NCBI GenBank assembly: GCA_016235815.1 | Contig: JACRIM010000058.1 | Coordinates: 136,041 to 160,040, forward strand | Direction of reading: 5' to 3' | DNA from: Planctomycetota bacterium | GTDB taxonomy: Bacteria > Planctomycetota > Phycisphaerae > UBA1845 > UTPLA1 | DNA: 24,000 nucleotides | Shown here: piece by piece, positions 8,637-16,318 of the stretch | Layout of the letters: each line of letters begins with the position of its first letter | Numbering within the stretch: position 1 is the first letter of the stretch | Made by a program: the position numbers and the translations under genes | Notes under the pieces: model-generated | What the model was told of the DNA's origin: nothing | The model's input: the letters and a program-made list of their open reading frames with translations, nothing else | The model's database searches: none

Positions 8637-10160
8637 TCAGAACGAAATATTGGCCCACGGGCTGGTCGACGTCGCGGCCGCGCCTATGGGGCCGATGTCG
8701 TTCGACACGTTGAGATTGTAGTTCGGACTATTGCCGAATGCGGTGTTGCGAATGATGACGTTTCGCAACGGCACGGAGGCCAAAATGCCTGTGTCATTGC
8801 CGCTCACGTGATTCCCATCAACGCGCGCCCCGCCACCCAAGCAACGTATCCCCGCGCCCGGCCCCCCGCCGGCAATGGTGCCATTATCAACGCATGTATT
8901 GTCGGCGACCGTACAGCGATCCCGGGCAGTGATCCCGTCAAACCGATTCTGCGACGAAGCGTTTCTTCGAACGACGCAATTGGAGACAACCGTAATGCCG
9001 CTCTGGCCGTTGTTGGTCGCACTGCAGTCTTCCACCGTGGACCCGTCCGCGGATGCGTCAACGAAGATGCCGTGCGAGGCATTGTTCTTCGCCGAGCAGC
9101 CGCGAATGGCGGATGGCGCGTCGACATATATGCCGGCATCCAGATTCCAATTCGCCGATGTGTTCGATACCAGCAGTCGATTGAAAAAGGTCGAAACTCC
9201 GCGAAATAAGTTTCCGTTGGCAGTGCAGTTTGTAATCGTTCCGCCGTTGCAATAGATGCCGATAAATCCGTTCACCGAAGCCTCGCAATTCGTCGCGGTA
9301 AAATCATCATACGCTTCAAAGCCCGAATTACCGTTGCCAACGCTGACACAATTTGCCACAGCGCACGCATTCACCATCGAAAAACCCGTGCCGTTGTTGC
9401 CGTCGGCCACGCATCCCGTTGCCAGACATCGATCCGCCGTCACGAAGCCGGGGGCCGATCCCTTCGGTTGCTGATTGCTCCGCGCCGCACAATCGGCAAG
9501 CACGCTTCCTTCACCAACGTTAAAACCCGTGTTCCAGTTGTACTCGGCCGAACATCGACTCACGACACTGGTCGCCCCAACCGAGAATCCGCCGCCTCCG
9601 CAATAAAGCGCCACGCAATCCCGCATCGTCGTCACATTTCCGGCAAGGACGCCGAGCGAGAAACAGTTCTCAAACACACAGTCGCTGATGTCATTGTTGA
9701 ACGCGAGGTACAACCCAACGCCGCAACGATAGGCCTGGATGTGGCTGATACGAACGTTGGTCGCGTTCGTCAGGTCGATCCCCGCGTAACCCCATTCTTC
9801 GAGATTACCATTCGTAATCGCGATGTTGCGCCAGAACTGACCCTTGCCGGGCGATGTGGCGTAAATGGCCGCATTCGGATTGCCGTTGGCGCCAATGATC
9901 GCAAAGCCCGCCAGATCAACCGTCACATTGCTGGAGCTGATGATGATCCCGTGGGAAGATCCGTCGCCGGTCAGATTCCCCGTGAGCACATACGAGCCTG
10001 GCTGCGTGATCGTGTACGGCAGCGTACCGATGAACTGCTGGTTGATCTGAGTACGTCCGGTCGTCTGAATCGGCCCGGGCGGCGGACCGAGCGGGTCGGC
10101 TCCGGCCATCGTGGTAACGGTTGCAAGCACAAGTGCGCAAGTAGCGGCAAATCGAAACAT
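8637..10160 (-). CDS. secreted right-handed parallel beta-helix repeat protein, paralog E (507 aa)
   Basis: The ATG at 10160 is preceded by GGAGAGG 7 nt upstream; the track start at 10211 is a GTG extension. Signal peptide is MFRFAATCALVLATVTTMAGA. It has the N-terminal module GPIQTTGRTQINQQFIGTLPYTITQPGSYVLTGN ... SNVTVDLAGFAIIG. At least 14 coils of 20-27 aa with a recurring [VIL]xxC follow, and it ends ...IIRNTAFGNSPNY...SPWANISF. Confidence 0.8.
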   Translation of the reverse strand: MFRFAATCALVLATVTTMAGADPLGPPPGPIQTTGRTQINQQFIGTLPYTITQPGSYVLTGNLTGDGSSHGIIISSSNVTVDLAGFAIIGANGNPNAAIYATSPGKGQFWRNIAITNGNLEEWGYAGIDLTNATNVRISHIQAYRCGVGLYLAFNNDISDCVFENCFSLGVLAGNVTTMRDCVALYCGGGGFSVGATSVVSRCSAEYNWNTGFNVGEGSVLADCAARSNQQPKGSAPGFVTADRCLATGCVADGNNGTGFSMVNACAVANCVSVGNGNSGFEAYDDFTATNCEASVNGFIGIYCNGGTITNCTANGNLFRGVSTFFNRLLVSNTSANWNLDAGIYVDAPSAIRGCSAKNNASHGIFVDASADGSTVEDCSATNNGQSGITVVSNCVVRRNASSQNRFDGITARDRCTVADNTCVDNGTIAGGGPGAGIRCLGGGARVDGNHVSGNDTGILASVPLRNVIIRNTAFGNSPNYNLNVSNDIGPIGAAATSTSPWANISF

Positions 10161-10228
10161 GAAAGTACCTCTCCAAATTGAAAGTGTCGCAAGGGAGACG
10201 CGACAATTCACGCGTAAACGGTTCTAAC

Positions 10229-10945
10229 TCAGGGTGCGGTCAACAGGCAATTCACAAACGGAGTCACGTCGTCAAGATCAAGGAACCCGTCGGGCGGCGG
10301 CTCCAGATCGCCCGAGCAGACTGCGTTCCACGTCGCGCCACCCAACAGCGCATCGACAAAAGGCTGCACATCGCGGCCATTCAGTGACCCATCCATGTTC
10401 ATGTCACACGACACCGGCGTCGACGCAGCATCAAGCGAGACATATTTCGTCGGCGTCGTGTCCGACAAGTTGATCCACCCGATATTCTCTCCCCACACAT
10501 AACCGGTCAGCCTCGCTCGTGGCTCGCCCGGCGGTGTCGCACAAAGAATGCGCGCGGGCTGTGCAGGAGTCGCCATCGCGCCGCCGCCGAAGTTGATCCA
10601 CCCGATGTTCTCTCCCCACGCATACCCGGACAGCGAGCCGTCGGAGCCCACATTCACGCCGAAGTCCGTCCCATCGGCGTTCGCATACCGCCCATCAATT
10701 CCGCCCGGCGTACCGTCACCCACGTTGATCCATCCGACGTTCTCTCCCCAAATGAACCCGGAAAGCACCTTGGACCCCACATGCACTCCCTGCCCCGGCG
10801 TCGCCTCGCCGCGCCAGTTGGTCCAACCGACATTCTCACCCCAGGCGTGCTTGTTCGGCACGGTGGTGTCGATGTTCGACTGGGCGACCAATACGCTCGC
10901 AATTGACAAGAGAACCAAGGCTAACGTCAATGTTATCTGTTTCAT
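10229..10945 (-). CDS. secreted WGEN[IV]GW[IT]N-repeat protein with C-terminal dockerin-like calcium-loop pair (238 aa)
   Basis: The ATG at 10945 gives signal peptide MKQITLTLALVLLSIASVLVAQS; the track start at 11071 would overlap the upstream gene. There are four copies of [HGG][AFY][AIV]WGEN[VI]GW[TI]N[WVFL]. The C-terminus is DMNMDGSLNGRDVQPFVDALL ... DGFLDLDDVTPFVNCLL. Confidence 0.75.
   Translation of the reverse strand: MKQITLTLALVLLSIASVLVAQSNIDTTVPNKHAWGENVGWTNWRGEATPGQGVHVGSKVLSGFIWGENVGWINVGDGTPGGIDGRYANADGTDFGVNVGSDGSLSGYAWGENIGWINFGGGAMATPAQPARILCATPPGEPRARLTGYVWGENIGWINLSDTTPTKYVSLDAASTPVSCDMNMDGSLNGRDVQPFVDALLGGATWNAVCSGDLEPPPDGFLDLDDVTPFVNCLLTAP
10469..10849 (-). repeat. four in-frame copies of a 13-aa WGENIGWIN-type motif (Trp at residues 35, 66, 110, 151)
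   Basis: The repeat is also visible at DNA level. For example, gatccacccgatattctctccccacacataaccggtcag (about 10472-10510) and gatccacccgatgttctctccccacgcatacccggacag (about 10593-10632) differ at only a few positions. Confidence 0.8.
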
Positions 10946-10979
10946 TATTCGTACCCTTCGTAAAGAGCTTACTGACGCT

Positions 10980-12110
10980 TTAATACGAGAAGTTCGCCCA
11001 CGGGTCGGTCGTCCCCAGCCCTGCGCCGCCGCTGCTGCCGTTGATGGCTCCACTGTTGGGCGCTGCGACAATCACGCCAACCTTGTTGTTGGCCACAATG
11101 CTGTAGTTCACGGTGTTTCCTGTCGCGGAGTTGCGGATGATCAGATTGTTGGCCCCATCCACGTCGATCCCACGATCCTGGGTGGTGACGTTGTTGTCTT
11201 CGATGCGATTGAAAGAGTTGTTGACGTGAATGCCGGCGCCGTCGCCGTTCAGGCCGTTGGCAATGCAGTTGTTACCGCGAACCGTACATTGGTTACTGAC
11301 TTCGATGCCATCGCCTCGATTGCCTGAGGCATTGCATTCGATTACCAAGGCGCTCGCGCTGGCGTTAATCCCGTCGTTTTCCGTCGCCGATCCACTTCCG
11401 TTGCCGCCCACGTAGCAGTGCGTAATGGTCGACCCTCCGGCGAAAATGCCGTGGCCACCGCCGGAGCCTGAACCGTTGCTATAGGCGACGCATTCGCTGA
11501 CGGTGCTGGACGAAAAGACGAGGAAACCATGGCCGACCGTCGCTCCTTCGCCATTGTAGACACTGACGCAGTGCGAAAGAGTGCAGAAATAACCCGTAAA
11601 GATGCCGGTGGTGGCGTTGAACGATGCGATGCAATCCGACACGGTGCAGTGATTTCCAAACCTCAAACCGTTTGCACCATTGTTCACGGCACACAGGTTT
11701 GAATACTGGCTGTTTGTGGCGTCGCCGGCGTCCACTCCGCTTCCGCCCCAGTCTCGAATCGTCCCGTTGGTGATTCGAAGATTGTTGATATTGTCCGGCA
11801 CGCTGATCCCACTTCCGGAGCCGGCCTCGCCGATCAGCGTGAAGCCGTTCAAATCCAGCGTGACGTTGCTGGCGGTGATGACGATTCCATCCGGCCCGCC
11901 GGGAAACGACGCGGCGTTGATCTCACCCATGAGGACGTAGGAGCCTGATTGCGAAATGGTGTAGGGCAGCGCGGCGATTTTCTGCGGGTGAATTGCCACG
12001 CGATTAGTCGGTTGGATCGGGCCGGTTGGAGGATTGAGATCGCCGCCGAACGCGGCAAGCGGGCCGAGAGTGATGGTGCATAGCGCACAAGTGACAAGTT
12101 TTCTGCCCAT
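10980..12110 (-). CDS. secreted right-handed parallel beta-helix repeat protein, paralog C (376 aa)
   Basis: The first ATG is at 12110 (MGRKLVTCALCTITLGPLAAFG); the track start at 12125 is a TTG overlapping the upstream stop. It has GDLNPPTGPIQPTNR...LPYTISQSGSYVLMG...SNVTLDLNGFTLIG, then beta-helix coils, and ends ...LIIRNSATGNTVNY...TDPWANFSY. Confidence 0.8.
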   Translation of the reverse strand: MGRKLVTCALCTITLGPLAAFGGDLNPPTGPIQPTNRVAIHPQKIAALPYTISQSGSYVLMGEINAASFPGGPDGIVITASNVTLDLNGFTLIGEAGSGSGISVPDNINNLRITNGTIRDWGGSGVDAGDATNSQYSNLCAVNNGANGLRFGNHCTVSDCIASFNATTGIFTGYFCTLSHCVSVYNGEGATVGHGFLVFSSSTVSECVAYSNGSGSGGGHGIFAGGSTITHCYVGGNGSGSATENDGINASASALVIECNASGNRGDGIEVSNQCTVRGNNCIANGLNGDGAGIHVNNSFNRIEDNNVTTQDRGIDVDGANNLIIRNSATGNTVNYSIVANNKVGVIVAAPNSGAINGSSGGAGLGTTDPWANFSY

Positions 12111-12121
12111 TGTAATTGCTC

Positions 12122-13348
12122 TCAATACGAAAAGTTCGCGTTAGGATCCGTTGAACCAAGCGTGGAAGGCGAAGGGCCGTTGCCGGAGATGACCGCGGCA
12201 TTGGTGCCCGCGACGACGATCGGGCCGACCGAGTTGCCGATGGCGATCTCCCAGTTGCTTGTGTTCCCCGAGCAGGTGTTCTTGATGATGATGTTGCCGG
12301 TAAAGTCCACGTCGATGCCTCGGTCGGCGCCCGTACAGTTGTTGCCCTCGATTCGGTTGTCGCTACCGGTTGCGTGGATGCCTGCTCCATTGCCGGCCCC
12401 CAAGCCGTTGCCCGCGGCGGTGTTGCCGCGGAGAATGCAAAATGAAGTACAAAGAATGCCGTCGAGCGTATTGGCTTGGGCGGCGCAATCGGCGACCGTG
12501 GAGCTGTTTCTGGCGTAAATCCCGACAGCGGTGTTCTCGATCGCCGAACAGTTCAAGACCATGCTGCCCTCGCCGGTGTTGATGCCGCTTCCGTTCCATG
12601 ACACGGAGCAGTTCGTGATCGTGCAGCCCCTGCCGGCGTGGATGCCTTCGATGTTGTTATCGAACGCCGAGCAGTTGGTGACCGTATTCCCGGTGTTGTG
12701 GACGATGATGCCTGTCTCGCCGTTTCGGTAGGCGCAGCAGTTGGTAATCGTGCAGCCGAATTCAGCGCTGATGCCATCGACTGCGTTGTCATAGGCCACG
12801 CAGTTCGTGACCGTGCTTCCATTGCCGACGCTGATACCGGACAAGTCGAGGCTGCCGCTGACGTGCAGGTCGGCCACCCGGCAATTGGCCGCGAGAAGGG
12901 ATCCAAGATCGACACCTTCGTCGCCCCAATTACGGACCGAGCCGTTGACGACCGCGATACTATGCAGGTTGGCCACCGTCGCGCTCACGCCATCCAGTGA
13001 GCCGACGACGCCCAAAAGATCGAACCCGTTGAGGTCGAGTGTGACGCCGCTGGCAACGATCTCGATCCCGTGCTTGCCCACTACACCGCTGATGTTCCCC
13101 GTGAGGTAGTAGGATCCGGGTTGGGTAATCTTAAAGAGCGAGTTCGCGTCGCCCGGCGTGTTGATCGCGTTGACGGCGGTCCGCGGTTCTATCTCGGTCA
13201 GCGTCTTGTGCGTCGGCGCGACGGGCCCGGCCGGCGGATTCAAGTCACCGGCATTTGCTACCCAGGCGCCGGCCATGATGCTCACCAGGCAGAGGGGAAT
13301 CACGACCCTACTAGACTGTATTGCACTCCAATTCATGACACTCCTCAT
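12122..13348 (-). CDS. secreted right-handed parallel beta-helix repeat protein, paralog B (about 408 aa)
   Basis: The ATG at 13348 lies 4 nt after the upstream stop. An alternative ATG at 13336 sits 4 nt after an AGGAG. The track ATG at 13396 would overlap paralog A by 44 nt. Signal peptide is ...VVIPLCLVSIMAGAWVANA, followed by GDLNPPAGPVAPTHKTLTEIEPRT...PGSYYLTGN...VTLDLNGFDLLG. Coils are very regular at 20-22 aa (TVTNC, TITNC, TVTNC, TITNC, MVLNC, TVADC). It ends ...IIIKNTCSGNTSNW...TDPNANFSY. Confidence 0.8.
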   Translation of the reverse strand: MRSVMNWSAIQSSRVVIPLCLVSIMAGAWVANAGDLNPPAGPVAPTHKTLTEIEPRTAVNAINTPGDANSLFKITQPGSYYLTGNISGVVGKHGIEIVASGVTLDLNGFDLLGVVGSLDGVSATVANLHSIAVVNGSVRNWGDEGVDLGSLLAANCRVADLHVSGSLDLSGISVGNGSTVTNCVAYDNAVDGISAEFGCTITNCCAYRNGETGIIVHNTGNTVTNCSAFDNNIEGIHAGRGCTITNCSVSWNGSGINTGEGSMVLNCSAIENTAVGIYARNSSTVADCAAQANTLDGILCTSFCILRGNTAAGNGLGAGNGAGIHATGSDNRIEGNNCTGADRGIDVDFTGNIIIKNTCSGNTSNWEIAIGNSVGPIVVAGTNAAVISGNGPSPSTLGSTDPNANFSY

Positions 13349-13352
13349 CACG

Positions 13353-14429
13353 TCAGAAGCTAAAATTCGCCCACGGATTCGTGGCCGAAAAATCATCCCC
13401 GGGCGTCAACACTTCCGCCTTGCTGTTGCCCGCGGCCACATCGTAATCCGTCGTATTGCCGCCCGCTGAATTTCGAATGATCAGGTTTCCGCCCGCGTCC
13501 ACGTCGATGCCGCGCAAGTTGTCCGTCACATGATTCGAATCGATTCGATTGTCATCGGAGGTGGCGTGAATTCCTGCCCCACTCGTTTGGCCGTCGCACA
13601 GATTATTCATCACGCGCGCGTCAACGCTCACCAGAATCCCGTCACCAAGATTCGCGGAGGATGTGCACTGTTGAATTGTGCACGCCGCGCCGCCGACAAT
13701 TCCATTGCCGGAATTCGAGCGAGATGTGCATGACGTGACCGTGCTCCCCTGACCGACAGAGATTCCATCCGTTGTATTGAAGATCACCATGCAATTCGTC
13801 AACGTATTTCCGGTGTTGGCGCTGATGCCGAAGGTCATGTTGTTGGCGGCAAAACAATTGGCCATTACGCCGCCGACGCCGAGCGTGAACCCCGCGCCCG
13901 TGTTGGCCGTGGAAACACAATCCGTTATCACGGCGCCGGCGCCGGCTGCAACGCCGTTTGTCCCGCAGGTGGACACGCGCAGCAGACTGAGCACCTTTGT
14001 CGTGGCCGAAATCGTATCGACGCCCGCACCGCCCCAGCCGCGAATCGCCCCGTTACGAATGCTGATATTCACCGCGTTCACCGCGGTGATGCGAATGCCC
14101 TGCAGCGATCCGGTTACCCCTTGCAACTCGAACCCCATCAAATCCACGGACACATTCGATGCGGCTATTTCGATGCCCGCCTTCGAAGCCGCCCCGGAGA
14201 CGTTTCCCGTCAGGTAGAAAGACCCGGGGGCAGAAATCCGATACAGGGAATCGCCGTCGCCCGGCGTGTTGACAAGATTGATCGCCGTTCGCGGCTCAAC
14301 GTCGGTAAGCGGTTTCAACGTCGGAGCAACCGGTCCGACCGGGGGATTCAAATCTCCCGCGCTGATCGGTTGAGTTCCCACGACACCCATCGTTAGAAGC
14401 ACCGCCATAACCCTCTGAAATCTCTTCAC
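13353..14429 (-). CDS. secreted right-handed parallel beta-helix repeat protein, paralog A (358 aa)
   Basis: The GTG start at 14429 is preceded by GGAGG with a 5-nt spacer and gives a proper signal peptide, MKRFQRVMAVLLTMGVVGTQPISA. It has GDLNPPVGPVAPTLKPLTDVEPRT...PGSFYLTGN...VSVDLMGFELQG, then 21-aa coils (ITDC, MANC, LTNC, VTSC, IQQC), and ends ...LIIRNSAGGNTTDY...TNPWANFSF. Confidence 0.8.
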   Translation of the reverse strand: MKRFQRVMAVLLTMGVVGTQPISAGDLNPPVGPVAPTLKPLTDVEPRTAINLVNTPGDGDSLYRISAPGSFYLTGNVSGAASKAGIEIAASNVSVDLMGFELQGVTGSLQGIRITAVNAVNISIRNGAIRGWGGAGVDTISATTKVLSLLRVSTCGTNGVAAGAGAVITDCVSTANTGAGFTLGVGGVMANCFAANNMTFGISANTGNTLTNCMVIFNTTDGISVGQGSTVTSCTSRSNSGNGIVGGAACTIQQCTSSANLGDGILVSVDARVMNNLCDGQTSGAGIHATSDDNRIDSNHVTDNLRGIDVDAGGNLIIRNSAGGNTTDYDVAAGNSKAEVLTPGDDFSATNPWANFSF

Positions 14430-14494
14430 GATCCCCTCCAGACTCAGTGATCTTCCCCGCCCTGAAATGAAAAACGGATTATCCCGCAGAGTGG

Positions 14495-14524
14495 GTTATA
14501 CCCGATTCACACACGCGATTTCAA
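14495..14524 (-). promoter_or_regulatory. candidate sigma70-type promoter for the beta-helix cluster
   Basis: The reverse strand reads TTGAAA (14524-14519), an 18-nt spacer, then TATAAC (14500-14495). This sits about 65 nt upstream of the GTG at 14429. It is a pattern match only. Confidence 0.35.
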
Positions 14525-14842
14525 TCCGATTGGCCCAATTCTACTGTCTTTTCAGGTAATTTGCCCGCCTAAAGGCCCGCTCCGGAATTTCCCGATATCA
14601 ACATTGGGAAACGCCAGCAAGCGGCCATCTCCCAATCTTGGAGTGCGCGCTTCGCCGCTTCACGCGTCAACCCGAAGAACCGCTTGCGACCTCGCGACGT
14701 ATGCGAGTAGGATTACAAGGGTTCGGCGGCAATGGCCATGTTTGGGGGACGCCGACTCGGTAACGATTGAAGCGACCGGTTTCGTCAGGAAGCCGACTCG
14801 CACACAACCACCGAACAAGACTCACACGGAGGTGAGGACGAC

Positions 14843-16318
14843 ATGTCAGGATTGATTTCCTCGAGCCGAGTCGGATTCGAACAGGATTCGCTTTTAGCTG
14901 CACGACGATCTGCCACTGTGTTTCACCAGCATTGGACCAGCCCCTACGCCGCACGACGCGTCCATCTCATCGGCGTCGGCGGTTCAGGCATGAGCGGCCT
15001 CGCCGGCGTCCTGCTTCGCTGCGGTGCGATTGTCAGCGGATCCGATCTGTCGCCATTTAAGACACAGGCCCGCCTGCAGGAGTTGGGCGCCACCATCACC
15101 ATGGGCCACGCCCCGATCAATATCCCCTCCGACTGCGATCTCGTCGTCTATTCCGCGGCCGTGAAGGATGACAACCCCGAACTCGCCGAGGTCAAACGCC
15201 GCGGCATCCGGCGAATGAAATATGCCGAAATGCTCGGCCAGGTCATGCGCCTCCGAACCGGCATCGCCATCGCCGGCACCCACGGCAAAAGCACCACCAC
15301 CGCCCTGACCGCCTACATCTTGAAAGAAGCAAAAGCCGACCCGACCTTTGTCGTTGGTGCGTTGGTCAAGCAACTCGAAAGCAGCTCCGCCGTCGGCGAC
15401 GGCCCGCACTTCGTGGTCGAGGCCTGCGAATACGACCGCTCGTTCCTGAACCTGCTGCCCAAATTCGCCGCGATCCTCAATATCGAAGAGGATCACCTCG
15501 ACTGCTTCGAAAGCCTCGATGCCATCACCGAAGCGTTTCGCGCCTTCGTCGCCCTCGTGCCGGAAGATGGCGTCGTCATTGCCAACGGCGACGACCCTCA
15601 AGTCGCCAAGGCCCTTCGCGGCGCACGCGGCACTGTGCAGACCTTTGGTATCGCCGAGAATGCCTTTTGGCGAGCGACGAACATCCGCCATCATCAGGGC
15701 TGTTATTCGTTCAACATCCTTCGAAACGGCGAAGAGTTCCTGTATGCCTCCATGAACGCACTCCCCGGCCGTCACCAGGTCTACAATGCCCTCGCCGCCA
15801 CCGCCCTGACCGCCCACGCCGGCATTGACCGGGAGTCCATCTCCGCTGCCCTGCAAACCTTTTCAGGAGCCGACCGCCGACTCTCCCAACGTGGCGAAGT
15901 CCGGGGAATCCTGCTCCTGGACGACTACGGCCATCACCCCACCGAGGTCCGCGTGACCATTCGGGCCGTCCGCGAGCGCTATCCCGACCGCCGATTGTGG
16001 GTTGTGTTCCAGCCCCACCAGCACTCGCGGACGCGATTCCTGATGGCCGATTTTGCCCGCAGCTTCGGCGAATGCGATCACCTGCTGGTACCCGATATCT
16101 ATTTCGTGCGTGACAGCGCCGCCGACCGCGCCGCCGTCAGCAGCCAACAACTCGTCGAACGGGTCCGGTCACACGGCGTCGATGCCCAGTACCTTCCCAA
16201 TCATGATGAAATCGTCGAACATATCGTGCAGCACGCTCACCCCGGCGACATCATCCTCACCATGGGGGCCGGGGACGTCTGGAAAATCGCCGATGCCCTT
16301 GTTCGACGACTGGCCTGA
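14843..16318 (+). CDS. murC: UDP-N-acetylmuramate--L-alanine ligase MurC
   Basis: Diagnostic strings: HLIGVGGSGMSGLAGVLLRCGAIVSGSDL, GTHGKSTTT, LDDYGHHPTEV, VFQPHQHSRT. GGAGGTGAGG lies just upstream of the ATG at 14843. Confidence 0.93.
   Translation: MSGLISSSRVGFEQDSLLAARRSATVFHQHWTSPYAARRVHLIGVGGSGMSGLAGVLLRCGAIVSGSDLSPFKTQARLQELGATITMGHAPINIPSDCDLVVYSAAVKDDNPELAEVKRRGIRRMKYAEMLGQVMRLRTGIAIAGTHGKSTTTALTAYILKEAKADPTFVVGALVKQLESSSAVGDGPHFVVEACEYDRSFLNLLPKFAAILNIEEDHLDCFESLDAITEAFRAFVALVPEDGVVIANGDDPQVAKALRGARGTVQTFGIAENAFWRATNIRHHQGCYSFNILRNGEEFLYASMNALPGRHQVYNALAATALTAHAGIDRESISAALQTFSGADRRLSQRGEVRGILLLDDYGHHPTEVRVTIRAVRERYPDRRLWVVFQPHQHSRTRFLMADFARSFGECDHLLVPDIYFVRDSAADRAAVSSQQLVERVRSHGVDAQYLPNHDEIVEHIVQHAHPGDIILTMGAGDVWKIADALVRRLA

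Noticed and set aside
8804-13469. Numerous + and - strand ORFs overlapping the beta-helix genes (for example 9468-10181, 10548-11327, 12004-12390, 12553-12915, 13777-14217)
   Set aside because: These are alternative frames of the repeat-rich cluster. Only the chosen frames give signal peptides, regular beta-helix coils and the conserved termini.
8637-14429. Prophage tailspike / tailocin interpretation of the beta-helix array
   Set aside because: No capsid, tail, baseplate, terminase, integrase or lysis genes lie nearby. Every paralog also has a Sec-type signal peptide, which phage tailspikes lack.
8637-14429. Diversity-generating retroelement or invertible phase-variation cassette acting on the paralogs
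   Set aside because: There is no reverse transcriptase, no template/variable repeat pair of near-identical DNA, no recombinase and no flanking inverted repeats. DNA identity between paralogs is confined to short stretches.
14684-14713. TTGCGA-N18-TAGGAT as a murC promoter
   Set aside because: Each hexamer matches only 4 of 6 positions, which is indistinguishable from chance in a 413-bp spacer.
14984-15856. 290-aa minus-strand ORF, and similar ones at 15863-16150, 16169-16687, 16257-17048 and 17030-18133
   Set aside because: These are antisense shadow ORFs of murC, murB and ddl, typical of high-GC DNA. They have low-complexity Gly/Ala/Asp composition.
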